Shown here: piece after piece, positions 24,892 through 34,302 of the stretch | Numbering within the stretch: position 1 is the stretch's first letter | Layout: every line of letters starts with the position of its first letter | Source of the DNA: a virus | Taxonomy: Duplodnaviria; Caudoviricetes | Strand: one strand, 5' to 3' | DNA length: 64,000 nucleotides | IMG/VR virus record: IMGVR_UViG_3300027734_003164 | Location: 64,001 to 128,000 of that record | Notes under the pieces: model-generated | What the model saw: the letters and a program-made list of their open reading frames with translations, nothing else | Told to the model about the DNA's origin: nothing | Database searches by the model: none | Translations under genes and position numbers: made by a program

Positions 24892-25752
24892 TTATTTAGT
24901 CAAATATTCGGACATATCCATTTTCAAAATAGTGTCGACGACATCTCTTGGTATTCGGTATTCTTTGAACTCTACGTTTTCTGTTAAATGAACAATTACA
25001 CCGCCCATAAGTGGAATATTTTCATATTTAGTCCCTTCTAACATTTTTAACAATAGTTTACCATAAAAAGGTAATTGCGTGTTATAGTGACCAAGAGCAT
25101 TATTTGGAAGTTTTTCAAAAGGTTTTTTCATGGGTTTTGTGTAGTCATTTACTTCCATGTTTTTTTCCTTGTTGGTTTTCCAATCGGTTATTACAATACC
25201 AAATCCGGTTTTTTGTTTATTTAACATTAACCAAACTTTATCGGGCTGACCAGTATATCCTAATTCAGGATGACCCAAAACAATCTCCGTATCAAGTAAA
25301 ACGGCTCCTCGTTCTTCCATGAGTGACAAAAACTTTTTACCCGCCTTTATCATTCTATCACCCTTCATTACAAGGTCCAAATCACATTCAAATAATGGTT
25401 GTCGAACCTCTTTATCTATTTTAAATTTGTTAATAGTTTCTAATTCAAGTTCATAGTGAACCCTACTACCCATATTTGTTGAAAGTATACCTGATTGTTT
25501 CCACTCTTCTAAATAAGTGTGCATTACATATGGACTACCTTTCGCCAATTTTCTTGCAACATCCTCAGCTGGAAATTCATCATAAAATAACTTCATCACT
25601 TTTGATACAGATGGAAAATCGTCTCTAACAACACCATTCACATCTAACATTGTGTACTTGTGTTTATCTTCCTCAAAAGTTAATTGAAACTCTTTTTGTT
25701 TTTCAGAAATAATCTCTCGTATTTCTTTTGCAACTTGTTTTAAATCTATCAT
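24892..25752 (-). CDS. PD-(D/E)XK exonuclease (RecB/Cas4-like fold)
   Basis: GSRVHYELE, DTEIVL...YTGQPD...ITDWKT, HYNTQLPFY. Confidence 0.85.
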   Translation of the reverse strand: MIDLKQVAKEIREIISEKQKEFQLTFEEDKHKYTMLDVNGVVRDDFPSVSKVMKLFYDEFPAEDVARKLAKGSPYVMHTYLEEWKQSGILSTNMGSRVHYELELETINKFKIDKEVRQPLFECDLDLVMKGDRMIKAGKKFLSLMEERGAVLLDTEIVLGHPELGYTGQPDKVWLMLNKQKTGFGIVITDWKTNKEKNMEVNDYTKPMKKPFEKLPNNALGHYNTQLPFYGKLLLKMLEGTKYENIPLMGGVIVHLTENVEFKEYRIPRDVVDTILKMDMSEYLTK

Positions 25753-26666
25753 TTAAATTCTACGTAATATTTTTCGATGTCACCTTTAAGGTCACATACA
25801 TCTTTATCTTTTGGCAACTTCACTAACTTAACTCTATTATATAAAGCCCCTCCGTTTAGTTTGTCATATAGGTTTTTAGCATCGGTATAGGCATCACCAT
25901 CTAAACAAACTATAATATTTTTCTTTGCCTTTGAGTATAGTTTTTCCCAAAGGTTGTCTGTTAAAAACTTCCCTAATAAACAAATTGAATTGTCCAAGAA
26001 AAAACTATCAAAAACTCCTTCAACAAGGTATATATCTTTTTTCCAATCAATTAAACTCTCATTGAAAATTAAAAAGTCTTTTGATGCTTCAGGGTTTTTG
26101 TATTTTAATTTACTTCGTGGGTTCCACGACCTTGATACGAAAAAGTTTAATTCTCCTTTTTTATCAAAAGATGGAACAATGATTCTACCGGAATATTCAC
26201 CCTCTAAACATAGACCAATTTGATACTTTTCTATAATCTCATCAGTGATTCCTCTTTTTTTCAAATAATTAAAAGCCTCTTTTCTTGGAATATGAAGTGG
26301 GTGTATCTCGTCAAACTTTTTGTATTCTTTTGGTAATTCAAGTTTCTTGTAAACCTTTTCTTTTTTTTCAAACTCATCAGGTCTAATTAACTTATAGATT
26401 TTCTTATCTTTTTTTGAACCAAACTTATCTATAAGTTTTCCTAAGTGTCCGTGAGTACCATGCGTCTCAGCACACCCCCAACACTTGTAAACATGTTGTT
26501 GGTAATTAATCTCAAGGTTTCCTTTTCCATCTAACTTGTCAAGACCTTTAATTGTATATGAACACACAGGGCAATCAACCGATATTTGACCTCTTAGTTC
26601 ATTTACTGATTTTGGTTCCCCAAAAATATTACCAATAAGGTCTATGATTAATTCTTCTGCGTCCAC
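25749..26666 (-). CDS. DNA primase (zinc finger + TOPRIM)
   Basis: CPVC...CWGC, YLKKRGI, RIIVPSF, KYKNP, LVEGVFD, CLDGD, KDVCD; GTG start; TTG...TATCTTTT promoter-like element upstream. Confidence 0.9.
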   Translation of the reverse strand: MDAEELIIDLIGNIFGEPKSVNELRGQISVDCPVCSYTIKGLDKLDGKGNLEINYQQHVYKCWGCAETHGTHGHLGKLIDKFGSKKDKKIYKLIRPDEFEKKEKVYKKLELPKEYKKFDEIHPLHIPRKEAFNYLKKRGITDEIIEKYQIGLCLEGEYSGRIIVPSFDKKGELNFFVSRSWNPRSKLKYKNPEASKDFLIFNESLIDWKKDIYLVEGVFDSFFLDNSICLLGKFLTDNLWEKLYSKAKKNIIVCLDGDAYTDAKNLYDKLNGGALYNRVKLVKLPKDKDVCDLKGDIEKYYVEFK

Positions 26667-26707
26667 ATATAAAAGATAAGAATTTTATATGGATTGTCAA
26701 TTAACAA

Positions 26708-26734
26708 AAAACCCACCTTTGTGGGGTGGGTTTT
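26708..26734. terminator. intrinsic terminator (bidirectional form)
   Basis: AAAACCCACC-TTTGTGG-GGTGGGTTTT. Confidence 0.85.
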
Positions 26735-26751
26735 AATATTTAAATATTTTT

Positions 26752-27222
26752 TTATCTAAAAGACAAATTTTGACGACAATATAATTGGTAGTTTTGTTTT
26801 TTTCCGTCAGTCTCTACCCTAATTATCCCTTCAAATTCGACTAAACCTTCTTCGTTCACTTTTTCTAATGAAGTACCACCTCTTACTAATCTTTGTTTTG
26901 CTCTAAGCTCAAAAGTTTCACCAGGGTTTACGGTAAAAGGAACTTGTTTATCAATTCTCATACCGCTATTCATAGGAAGAATCTTTTTTATGGTGATTGG
27001 TGCACTTCCAGAATTTTTAATACCTCTAAATGTAAATTCAATATCTTGTCCAAATCTAACTTCAGCATCTGGATTTCTCACAACCAATGTTCCTGTTAAA
27101 GGTCCTCCCATCCCTTTAGATGTTGCTGGGTTAGGCATCCCAATTGGTCCTTCTTGCTCATTAACAACTTGTCTAACAAGTTGAGTTAGTTCAGATTCCG
27201 TAAGTCTAACAATTCTTTTCAT
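26752..27222 (-). CDS. hypothetical protein with LTESEL N-terminal motif and Ig-like (ASH/DUF1573-like) domain
   Basis: MKRIVRLTESELTQLVRQVVNEQ; FTFRGIKNSGSAPITI...FTVNPGETFEL. Confidence 0.7.
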   Translation of the reverse strand: MKRIVRLTESELTQLVRQVVNEQEGPIGMPNPATSKGMGGPLTGTLVVRNPDAEVRFGQDIEFTFRGIKNSGSAPITIKKILPMNSGMRIDKQVPFTVNPGETFELRAKQRLVRGGTSLEKVNEEGLVEFEGIIRVETDGKKQNYQLYCRQNLSFR

Positions 27223-27250
27223 AATATTTTAATTTATTTATAAATATGTT
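27216..27250 (-). promoter_or_regulatory. 35-bp start/upstream element duplicated at 27922-27956, containing palindrome TATTTATAAATA
   Basis: Identical TTTTCATAATATTTTAATTTATTTATAAATATGTT (plus-strand text) at both loci. Confidence 0.8.
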
Positions 27251-27274
27251 GTTTTTTTATAAAATTAAATTTTT

Positions 27275-27928
27275 TTATCCCAAATTATTATTCATTCTTG
27301 ACCCCAAAGACGCAAAATCTGCTTTTGGTACAGCATTCCCTTTAAAATTATATGAACACATTTCATCAGTTATTAATGTTATCATTTGTTTTCCAACGGA
27401 ATCTATTCCTCCACTAACAAATGGTCTTTTATAGTTACTAATCAACATTCTATAATAATCTTTTCGTTCTTTTACATCCATTTCATAATCATTTTCAAAT
27501 TTAAAGTCAGAAAATCTTCTTAAAAACATTTTCCAAGCATTAGGTATACCTGAATCAAAAAGTTTATATATATCATTCCAATCTGAATATTCTTCTTTAA
27601 ATTCATCAATTTCCACTCTAAAAGTATTTTTTGAATTACAAGTATATTGTAATTTAATATTGCCAGGATAATCATCACCGTTTGGTTTTTTTCCTTTTCC
27701 GATTAATGTTAAGGTATTGGAGTCTTCACTAATTTCTATTTTATCTACCATAAATTGTCTTATAATTGGGTCGGTATAGTCATTTGGTAAATAAAAATTC
27801 ATAGTTTTATCTTGAAATAAATCGTAAAATTTATTTATAAGTTGTATTCTTCTTTCATCATCTTCTAAAATAATTCGTTTTACAATTCGAGTTAAATCAG
27901 ACTCAGTTAATCTAACAATTTTTTTCAT
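27275..27928 (-). CDS. hypothetical protein with LTESDL N-terminal motif
   Basis: MKKIVRLTESDLTRIVKRIILED. Confidence 0.75.
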   Translation of the reverse strand: MKKIVRLTESDLTRIVKRIILEDDERRIQLINKFYDLFQDKTMNFYLPNDYTDPIIRQFMVDKIEISEDSNTLTLIGKGKKPNGDDYPGNIKLQYTCNSKNTFRVEIDEFKEEYSDWNDIYKLFDSGIPNAWKMFLRRFSDFKFENDYEMDVKERKDYYRMLISNYKRPFVSGGIDSVGKQMITLITDEMCSYNFKGNAVPKADFASLGSRMNNNLG

Positions 27929-27978
27929 AATATTTTAATTTATTTATAAATATGTTATTTTTTTAAAAATTTAATTTT

Positions 27979-28581
27979 TCACCAAATTTTTTCTTGTTTC
28001 ATGTAACCAAGAACACAAGTATAAGAATCTGCCATATCAAAACATTCTTTCTTTAATGTGTTGTTTTTGGTATAGTGCCATGTAATTTGAGGTTCTTTGT
28101 CAGATACTTTTCTCCAAATAATTTCTTTTTTATCTGTGTCTTTTGGTAATCCACCAAATAATACAAATTTATCTTTATCATTTTTTTGAAGTAAATCAGG
28201 CCAAGCATACTTTCTTGAGTTATATGTAGATATATAATCGGGAACAATACCTAATATGTCATAAATTGATTTTGTAATCATTGAATTATATCTCAATAGG
28301 GTTCCTACTGTCCAAACATTATTTGAATTTAATAGTGGTTCTTCTATTACCACTTTTGTAATCCCCAAATTTTTATATCCCTCAAGTTTTAACTCAAAGG
28401 CATCTACTTTCATTAGTAATTCTTGAATTTTATTTTCAACTTTTGGTTTGATTACTGGTGAGAAGTGTGTTAATTCTAATAATTCTCGTGATTTAATGTC
28501 AAATAATGCCCATCCGATAGTTCTAGTTGACACATCTAAACCTAAAACTTTAGGGTTATTTTTTAATTTATTATTACTCAT
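27979..28581 (-). CDS. RuvC-like Holliday junction resolvase
   Basis: VLGLDVSTRTIGWA, VVIEEP, DMADSY; likely start MSNNKLK at 28581. Confidence 0.85.
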   Translation of the reverse strand: MSNNKLKNNPKVLGLDVSTRTIGWALFDIKSRELLELTHFSPVIKPKVENKIQELLMKVDAFELKLEGYKNLGITKVVIEEPLLNSNNVWTVGTLLRYNSMITKSIYDILGIVPDYISTYNSRKYAWPDLLQKNDKDKFVLFGGLPKDTDKKEIIWRKVSDKEPQITWHYTKNNTLKKECFDMADSYTCVLGYMKQEKIW

Positions 28582-28585
28582 TTTT

Positions 28586-30799
28586 TTAAAAATCGTACTT
28601 AATCGGATACTGTTGGACACCTTGTCTTTTTTCAGGTGATTGTATCTTAGATATAACCATAAGTTCTTTATTTGCATTGTAAAGTGCAACTTCTGTGACA
28701 TAAGGTGGTGTTGTTCCGTCCCATGTTGGGTTTGATGAATCAAAAAATTGTGTTTGTCCCAAATTACATAAGAAATTCATAACATATATTGTTGCTTGAA
28801 TATCCGTTTCAATTGTTCCAAAAAAGAAAAACTCACCTCCAAAATTTAAAGTTATTCCAGTCTGATTTAATACAGGTAGGGTTATATAATCGTTCAAATC
28901 ATATATTGGTGCCGTATCATACATGTTTTTTGTCAACTGAATAGTTGTTCCTGTCAATCCTGATATGGTTAAGTATCCACCAACCGTGGTTGCAGAAAGT
29001 TGTGACAATACATTAATTTCTCTCCATTGTGTCACATCAGGTCTTGTTGTGGCACTTGATACTTTTTGAGCTAAAAGTTTTATATCTGTGGCGGTAAATC
29101 CTGACGGTAGTCCTGAAACAGGAACTTTCAAAAACGGAAACTCATTTCCAAACCTTACAAGAATATCAGACGCCCCCGGTAATAAACTTTGGTCGTTTCC
29201 TGTTATAGTCTGATAGTAATTACAATGTAATGAATTTGTAAATGCTGAGTTATTTAATCTGTATGTTAAAAATAAAGTTTCAGTATCTCCTGTCAATAAT
29301 CCTTGTGTCCCACCTAATACACCACTAAATGTGTTTGGTGTTACAAGACCTAATTTTGGTGCCGGTAATGTCCAACTTCTATTTGATTTGTAATTCAACG
29401 CCGCAACTATTTCGTCATCATCAAATACAATTATTTTTAAATCAGGAAAAACTTTACCAATTCTATTTGGGAAACCATTTGTGTTTGCGTGTGTGTCCCA
29501 AAGGTGATAGTATCTTAATCCCGGTGCGTTGAAATTGATACTCTTTCTTGATTCAATATAATGTGGTTTAAATAAATTAAGGTTTGTAAATCCTGAAGGG
29601 TCTGTATAAAATACTTCACCAACTTTCGCATTAGGATTTTTATGCCACATTAACCAAGGAATAGATAATTTAAAATTTCTAGCCTGACCTGTGTTTCCAG
29701 GGTTAGTACTATCATAATCTTGCATTGCAAACTTTTCACCATAATAATTGTCAATGGCTTGATTTGTATAATGAACTATCGCAATAGCCTTTTGGTCTGA
29801 TGGTTTAACAGTTATTTTTTCTGAAAATGAATTATAAAAATAAACAGAGTCAGTATCTGTTTGACCACTATCTGAATAGTAACCCAAATATTCTTTACTA
29901 CCCGTATATCCTGTTGATTGAAAATAATTAAAATCTTGATTTACGGTGTTAAAAATACCAGCTGGTGATTCAGTCCATGGAATATTCATATTCCAAACTT
30001 TAACATCTTTTTGTGAAACATCACAATTTGTTTCAAAATTAAAAACGTTTGGATTCCAATACGGTTCAGGAGTAAATGAGTCATAAATGACAGTCATGCC
30101 TGATGGGTAGAAAACAACTCGAGAGTCTCCCGTATAACCCATACTACTAAAGTTTGGTAATTGTCTATCTACTTTTATAGTTACTGTTGTTGCTGTGGAA
30201 GTATTTCCCGTAACACCTACCACAACATAACTAAATAATGGTGATGCTCCTGTAAATGGTTTGATATTATTCGTCCCAAATAAAAACAAAAACATTCCGT
30301 TAGTCACTGTACCAGAAACTGTTGGGTCTAAACTTGAATATTTAAGTGTTAAAACATTACCTGAAGTTACACCTGTGTTAGATACAACAAAATTTGGATT
30401 TATAGTATATGCTGATGAGGTATACGCACTAAATACAACAGGAGTTCCTGTGGAACCTGTGAAAAAACCTCTTGGGGCTGCACTATTAAAAACATTATCG
30501 ATATATGACCCATCAAAAGGGACACCTAATGTGCTTCCTGATGTTGAATCCACAAATAAAGGATATTTGACTTGCATTCTATTTTTTTCAGGAATTGGTG
30601 CTAAATTTTGAGCGTTATATTGTGGCATCAAAACGTTTAGTTGAACGTAATCCGTGTTACTTGTTGCGTTATAACAAACTTCACTATCTCCAACTTCAAA
30701 ATACGCAATATCAAATTTACCTTGCGATATTTTTTTCCTTGCCGCGTCGGTTATTATAGTGTTGATTAACGCTGAGGTATTTTTGATTATGTATGACAT
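28586..30799 (-). CDS. putative virion structural protein (737 aa)
   Basis: T/G/S-rich, in the structural block; C-terminal SSNPTW...YVTEVALYN...ELMVISK. Confidence 0.65.
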   Translation of the reverse strand: MSYIIKNTSALINTIITDAARKKISQGKFDIAYFEVGDSEVCYNATSNTDYVQLNVLMPQYNAQNLAPIPEKNRMQVKYPLFVDSTSGSTLGVPFDGSYIDNVFNSAAPRGFFTGSTGTPVVFSAYTSSAYTINPNFVVSNTGVTSGNVLTLKYSSLDPTVSGTVTNGMFLFLFGTNNIKPFTGASPLFSYVVVGVTGNTSTATTVTIKVDRQLPNFSSMGYTGDSRVVFYPSGMTVIYDSFTPEPYWNPNVFNFETNCDVSQKDVKVWNMNIPWTESPAGIFNTVNQDFNYFQSTGYTGSKEYLGYYSDSGQTDTDSVYFYNSFSEKITVKPSDQKAIAIVHYTNQAIDNYYGEKFAMQDYDSTNPGNTGQARNFKLSIPWLMWHKNPNAKVGEVFYTDPSGFTNLNLFKPHYIESRKSINFNAPGLRYYHLWDTHANTNGFPNRIGKVFPDLKIIVFDDDEIVAALNYKSNRSWTLPAPKLGLVTPNTFSGVLGGTQGLLTGDTETLFLTYRLNNSAFTNSLHCNYYQTITGNDQSLLPGASDILVRFGNEFPFLKVPVSGLPSGFTATDIKLLAQKVSSATTRPDVTQWREINVLSQLSATTVGGYLTISGLTGTTIQLTKNMYDTAPIYDLNDYITLPVLNQTGITLNFGGEFFFFGTIETDIQATIYVMNFLCNLGQTQFFDSSNPTWDGTTPPYVTEVALYNANKELMVISKIQSPEKRQGVQQYPIKYDF

Positions 30800-30829
30800 A
30801 TTTTATAAATATATTTTTATAAATTTATT

Positions 30830-32404
30830 TTAAGATAAACCTATTTTTTGTAAAGGCATATACTTTGGTGACCCGTTTACACTTATACCGTTACATGTTG
30901 ATGGGGTTATGGTTACATTTGTTATTGTTACAGTATCTAAAATATAACCTTCAAGTTGACAACCGTTAAATTCTATACTTGGAGTATTAATAAACTGAGT
31001 GATGGTTCCGTTTATAATTCCTCCCGATGAAATACTTGCAGTGTATGTGTTTGTAAATGAACTATAATTTATATTAGATAAATTACAAGAAGGTCTACTT
31101 TGTGAACTAGTAGTAACCACCGAGTTTGTCGGTGTACTTAAAGTTGCATTACCTGATGTTGTTGCGGTTATAGAATTTGTAATAACAGGTACGTTTGTTA
31201 CAAAAGTTTTTCCTGTAAATCCAACGGCAGTATTAATTGTAAAGTTTACTGTTTTTCCTGCTGGTAATGTTGGTGTAACGTTTATTTGATAATACCAAGT
31301 TTTGGTAGTTGTAGTACCAACATTAGTTTGATTTGCCAACGGAGTTAAACTTAAATTAAGTGTATAGTTTGTATAAGAATTTTGTGGTGTAAGTGTTACT
31401 GACTGAGTTGTTACTGTGTTATTAGTATCTTTTATATAAATTGTATAATTGCCGGCAGCCAAACCTAAAAATGTATTTGACATTTGATAATTAACACCAT
31501 TGATAGAATAGGTGTAAGATGGAACTCCTCCATATCCGGTGACATTAATTACACCATTAGATGTGTTAGAACAAGTTGGTTGTGTTGTTGAAACTGATAA
31601 TGTTAATGGTGGTGTTGTACATACACCTGTTGATACAAATACAGTACCTTGATATGTTCCAAGTAAAGACCAATTACCTGTAGGTGGTGTTGTTGGTTGT
31701 AATAAAGCGGGAACACCAGGATTAGTCCATCCACTAACCTCCCATCTTGTATTTCCTGTACTATATAATACCGTATAAGTTGAACTTGTCCAAGACGGGT
31801 AACCATTGATTGTTGAACCGCTAGTTAAAGTAGTTAAATACGTTGTATTAAAAGAAGGTGTATATTCAAAACATAAGTTTTGTGGGTATACAGGTGCTGG
31901 TGTCGGTGGAGGTAAACAATCTGAACAAGTGTCAAATGGTCCTGTAGATATTACCGCAAAATTATTAATATAACTTTGTCCTGTATATAATGTTTGACCG
32001 CTATGGGTCCAACAACCAACTTGACTTGTTAAACTATACACTTTACCATCGACGAATTTTGAAGGTAAATCTGCAACATAATAAACAAAAGTTCCTGAAT
32101 TTTCACAGTCTTCAAATTGTTCCAAATAGAAACTATCATAATCAACCGAACAAGTTGTTTGTCCTGTAAAATCACCATAATAATCTATAACTGTTGCCGT
32201 ATAATTACCAGGTAGTAAATTAGTAAGTAAAGAACCTTGTGCCCCGTTACTCCAATTTATAGTATATGGTGGTGTTCCTCCTGTTACATATAAGGTTATT
32301 AGACCATTAGTTGAATCAGGTGTTGACGCATTAATACTATCACAATCTAAACCTAATGGTAGAAGTGTTATTATATTACAACTATTTCCACTTAATAACC
32401 CCAT
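30830..32404 (-). CDS. SprB-repeat virion/adhesin protein
   Basis: VTGGTPPYTINWSNG...LLPGNYTATVID and GGVPSYTYSING...GLAAGNYTIYIKD. Confidence 0.75.
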   Translation of the reverse strand: MGLLSGNSCNIITLLPLGLDCDSINASTPDSTNGLITLYVTGGTPPYTINWSNGAQGSLLTNLLPGNYTATVIDYYGDFTGQTTCSVDYDSFYLEQFEDCENSGTFVYYVADLPSKFVDGKVYSLTSQVGCWTHSGQTLYTGQSYINNFAVISTGPFDTCSDCLPPPTPAPVYPQNLCFEYTPSFNTTYLTTLTSGSTINGYPSWTSSTYTVLYSTGNTRWEVSGWTNPGVPALLQPTTPPTGNWSLLGTYQGTVFVSTGVCTTPPLTLSVSTTQPTCSNTSNGVINVTGYGGVPSYTYSINGVNYQMSNTFLGLAAGNYTIYIKDTNNTVTTQSVTLTPQNSYTNYTLNLSLTPLANQTNVGTTTTKTWYYQINVTPTLPAGKTVNFTINTAVGFTGKTFVTNVPVITNSITATTSGNATLSTPTNSVVTTSSQSRPSCNLSNINYSSFTNTYTASISSGGIINGTITQFINTPSIEFNGCQLEGYILDTVTITNVTITPSTCNGISVNGSPKYMPLQKIGLS

Positions 32405-32405
32405 C

Positions 32406-33983
32406 TTACCAAGTTGCCCCGCTTAATCTTTTCCAACCACCAGACCCCCTAAAATAAAGGTATGTTGCGTCGTATGTTATTTGACCTACTTCACCAGTTG
32501 GGTCTGTTGTTCCTGATGGTGTAAAACTTGTTTTAATTACAAATTTAGGAACATATGCCGTTTCAGACTGAGTTCCTGAAATTGAAATTCCTCCTAAAAT
32601 AACTGAGTGGTCTGCGACTAATGTTGAATTTTCGCTACCAACTATTGCTGAATTAAAATATTTAACAGCGTTTCCTGTACCACCTAATATAGATGAATTA
32701 TAACATGGGTCAGATGGTGTTACTCCTGATATTACGTTAAGTTCTCCACCTAATATTGTACAGTTTTCAGTAGTACCCGATTGGATAGTATTCAAAGCCC
32801 CTCCCAAAATTACTCCTAATTCGCCGTATATTGTATGTTGTTGACCAAATCCAAAACTTCTGTCCCCATTTGAAATACAGTTCGCGCCACCAAGAAAACT
32901 TTTATCTCCATATATTTCATTGCTATTACCCAAAGAAAAACTTGTGTTTGATTCTACTTTATTGCTGTCTCCGAATGATGCTGAACTAGTTCCATAAACT
33001 CTATTTGCATTTCCAAATGCAGAAGACGAGTTTCCAAAAACTTTATTACTTTTATTTGTTGTAAATGTGTTCCAACCAAAAGAATAGTTTCCTTGTCCTC
33101 CTGCAAATGAGTTGGTCCCAATTGCTCCAGATGCGAAACCTTTTACAGATGCACTTCTACCCCCTGCGGTTTGATTACCACCCCAAAGTTCAGGTGTATT
33201 TGTATCACCAACATATAGATTGTTAGTTGCTGAAAGTGTATTATCATAAAGGTATACAATAGTCCTACCTCCACTAAATGTTGTTCCTGAAACTTTTTTG
33301 AAATTATCTGTCAAAGAACCACCAAAAGGTGAATCATGAATCCAAATAAATTCATTATTAGTGTAATTTGCCGTTACGTTTCCATATACGCCACTTAAAT
33401 AAAGTACTCCCGATGTTAATCCTGTTGCTAAATATGCAGTATTTGTCCCTGTTCTTGTATTAGTTCCTTCGGAGTGTGAAGATTCACCAAAAGATTTTGT
33501 GTTAGTCCCTTCGGCATGTGATGTGGTTCCCGAAGCAATTGTATCTACACCTTCAGCATGACTGTAATTACTTAATGCTTGTACATTATTTCCAAAAGCA
33601 AAACTCAATGTATTTTGAGCGTCAGAACCTGTAGATTGAACTCTATTGTGTACTGTAATTTCGTTCGTACAAGCATAAATGTTATTTGTATAAAAACTTG
33701 TAATACAATTACCTGAACCACCTGTAAATGGTGTTGTTAGTCCTGATACAGTAAAGGTTCCTCCCGTTGTATTTCTAAAAGTTATAGTTCCTCCTGAAGA
33801 TACCGCAGTACCTCCCGTTACAAATACATCAGGTGAACCCCCGAATAAAGGAACCAATTGTCTTAAGGTTGCTTTATATGATGAGCCACTTGGACTTTGT
33901 GATGTGTCCCCTGTGATTACAATGTGTATAAGGTCATTAAGTGTTGCTCCTGTTGCTAATGTCCTTGATGTTAAAGTTGCCAT
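32406..33983 (-). CDS. tail fibre/spike with YadA-head-like beta-roll repeats
   Basis: SHAEG.T repeats, then ~14-residue S.AFG..N repeats and ILGG..N repeats. Confidence 0.75.
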   Translation of the reverse strand: MATLTSRTLATGATLNDLIHIVITGDTSQSPSGSSYKATLRQLVPLFGGSPDVFVTGGTAVSSGGTITFRNTTGGTFTVSGLTTPFTGGSGNCITSFYTNNIYACTNEITVHNRVQSTGSDAQNTLSFAFGNNVQALSNYSHAEGVDTIASGTTSHAEGTNTKSFGESSHSEGTNTRTGTNTAYLATGLTSGVLYLSGVYGNVTANYTNNEFIWIHDSPFGGSLTDNFKKVSGTTFSGGRTIVYLYDNTLSATNNLYVGDTNTPELWGGNQTAGGRSASVKGFASGAIGTNSFAGGQGNYSFGWNTFTTNKSNKVFGNSSSAFGNANRVYGTSSASFGDSNKVESNTSFSLGNSNEIYGDKSFLGGANCISNGDRSFGFGQQHTIYGELGVILGGALNTIQSGTTENCTILGGELNVISGVTPSDPCYNSSILGGTGNAVKYFNSAIVGSENSTLVADHSVILGGISISGTQSETAYVPKFVIKTSFTPSGTTDPTGEVGQITYDATYLYFRGSGGWKRLSGATW

Positions 33984-34007
33984 TTTTTATTTTATATATA
34001 TCAAAGT

Positions 34008-34298
34008 TTATTGAAAGTTATATGGTATTCCATCTTGAAATTCAAAACATATTAGGTCTTGAAACTGTTTATAGTTACATAAACTATCAGAACAGAACTC
34101 GCAACCATTGTTGCCTATTATTTTAACAACATAACTATCCATCGATTCAAAGGAAACAGGTAATGTAAATGAATATGGAACTGAAGAAATTGTTGCAATA
34201 TATTGACAAGTTCCGTATATCCCACATTCGTCACAAACCCAAATATCGTATGGACTTGTTCCTGAAGTTATTGTATTTAGTGTTACTATTGTTGCCAT
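34008..34298 (-). CDS. small Cys-rich SprB-like domain protein
   Basis: ITSGTSPYDIWVCD...VKIIGNNGC; paralog of 38844 and 39135. Confidence 0.65.
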   Translation of the reverse strand: MATIVTLNTITSGTSPYDIWVCDECGIYGTCQYIATISSVPYSFTLPVSFESMDSYVVKIIGNNGCEFCSDSLCNYKQFQDLICFEFQDGIPYNFQ

Positions 34299-34302
34299 AT
34301 TA

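Noticed and set aside
24892-25752. Cas4 as part of a CRISPR system
   Set aside because: PD-(D/E)XK nuclease without the Cas4 Fe-S cysteine set; it sits next to primase, typical of a phage replication exonuclease.
27979-28743. RuvC start at 28743, or an RNA-guided TnpB/Cas12-like RuvC
   Set aside because: The extension overlaps the upstream gene and the likely start is 28581; a ~200-aa stand-alone resolvase with no zinc finger or guide-RNA locus.
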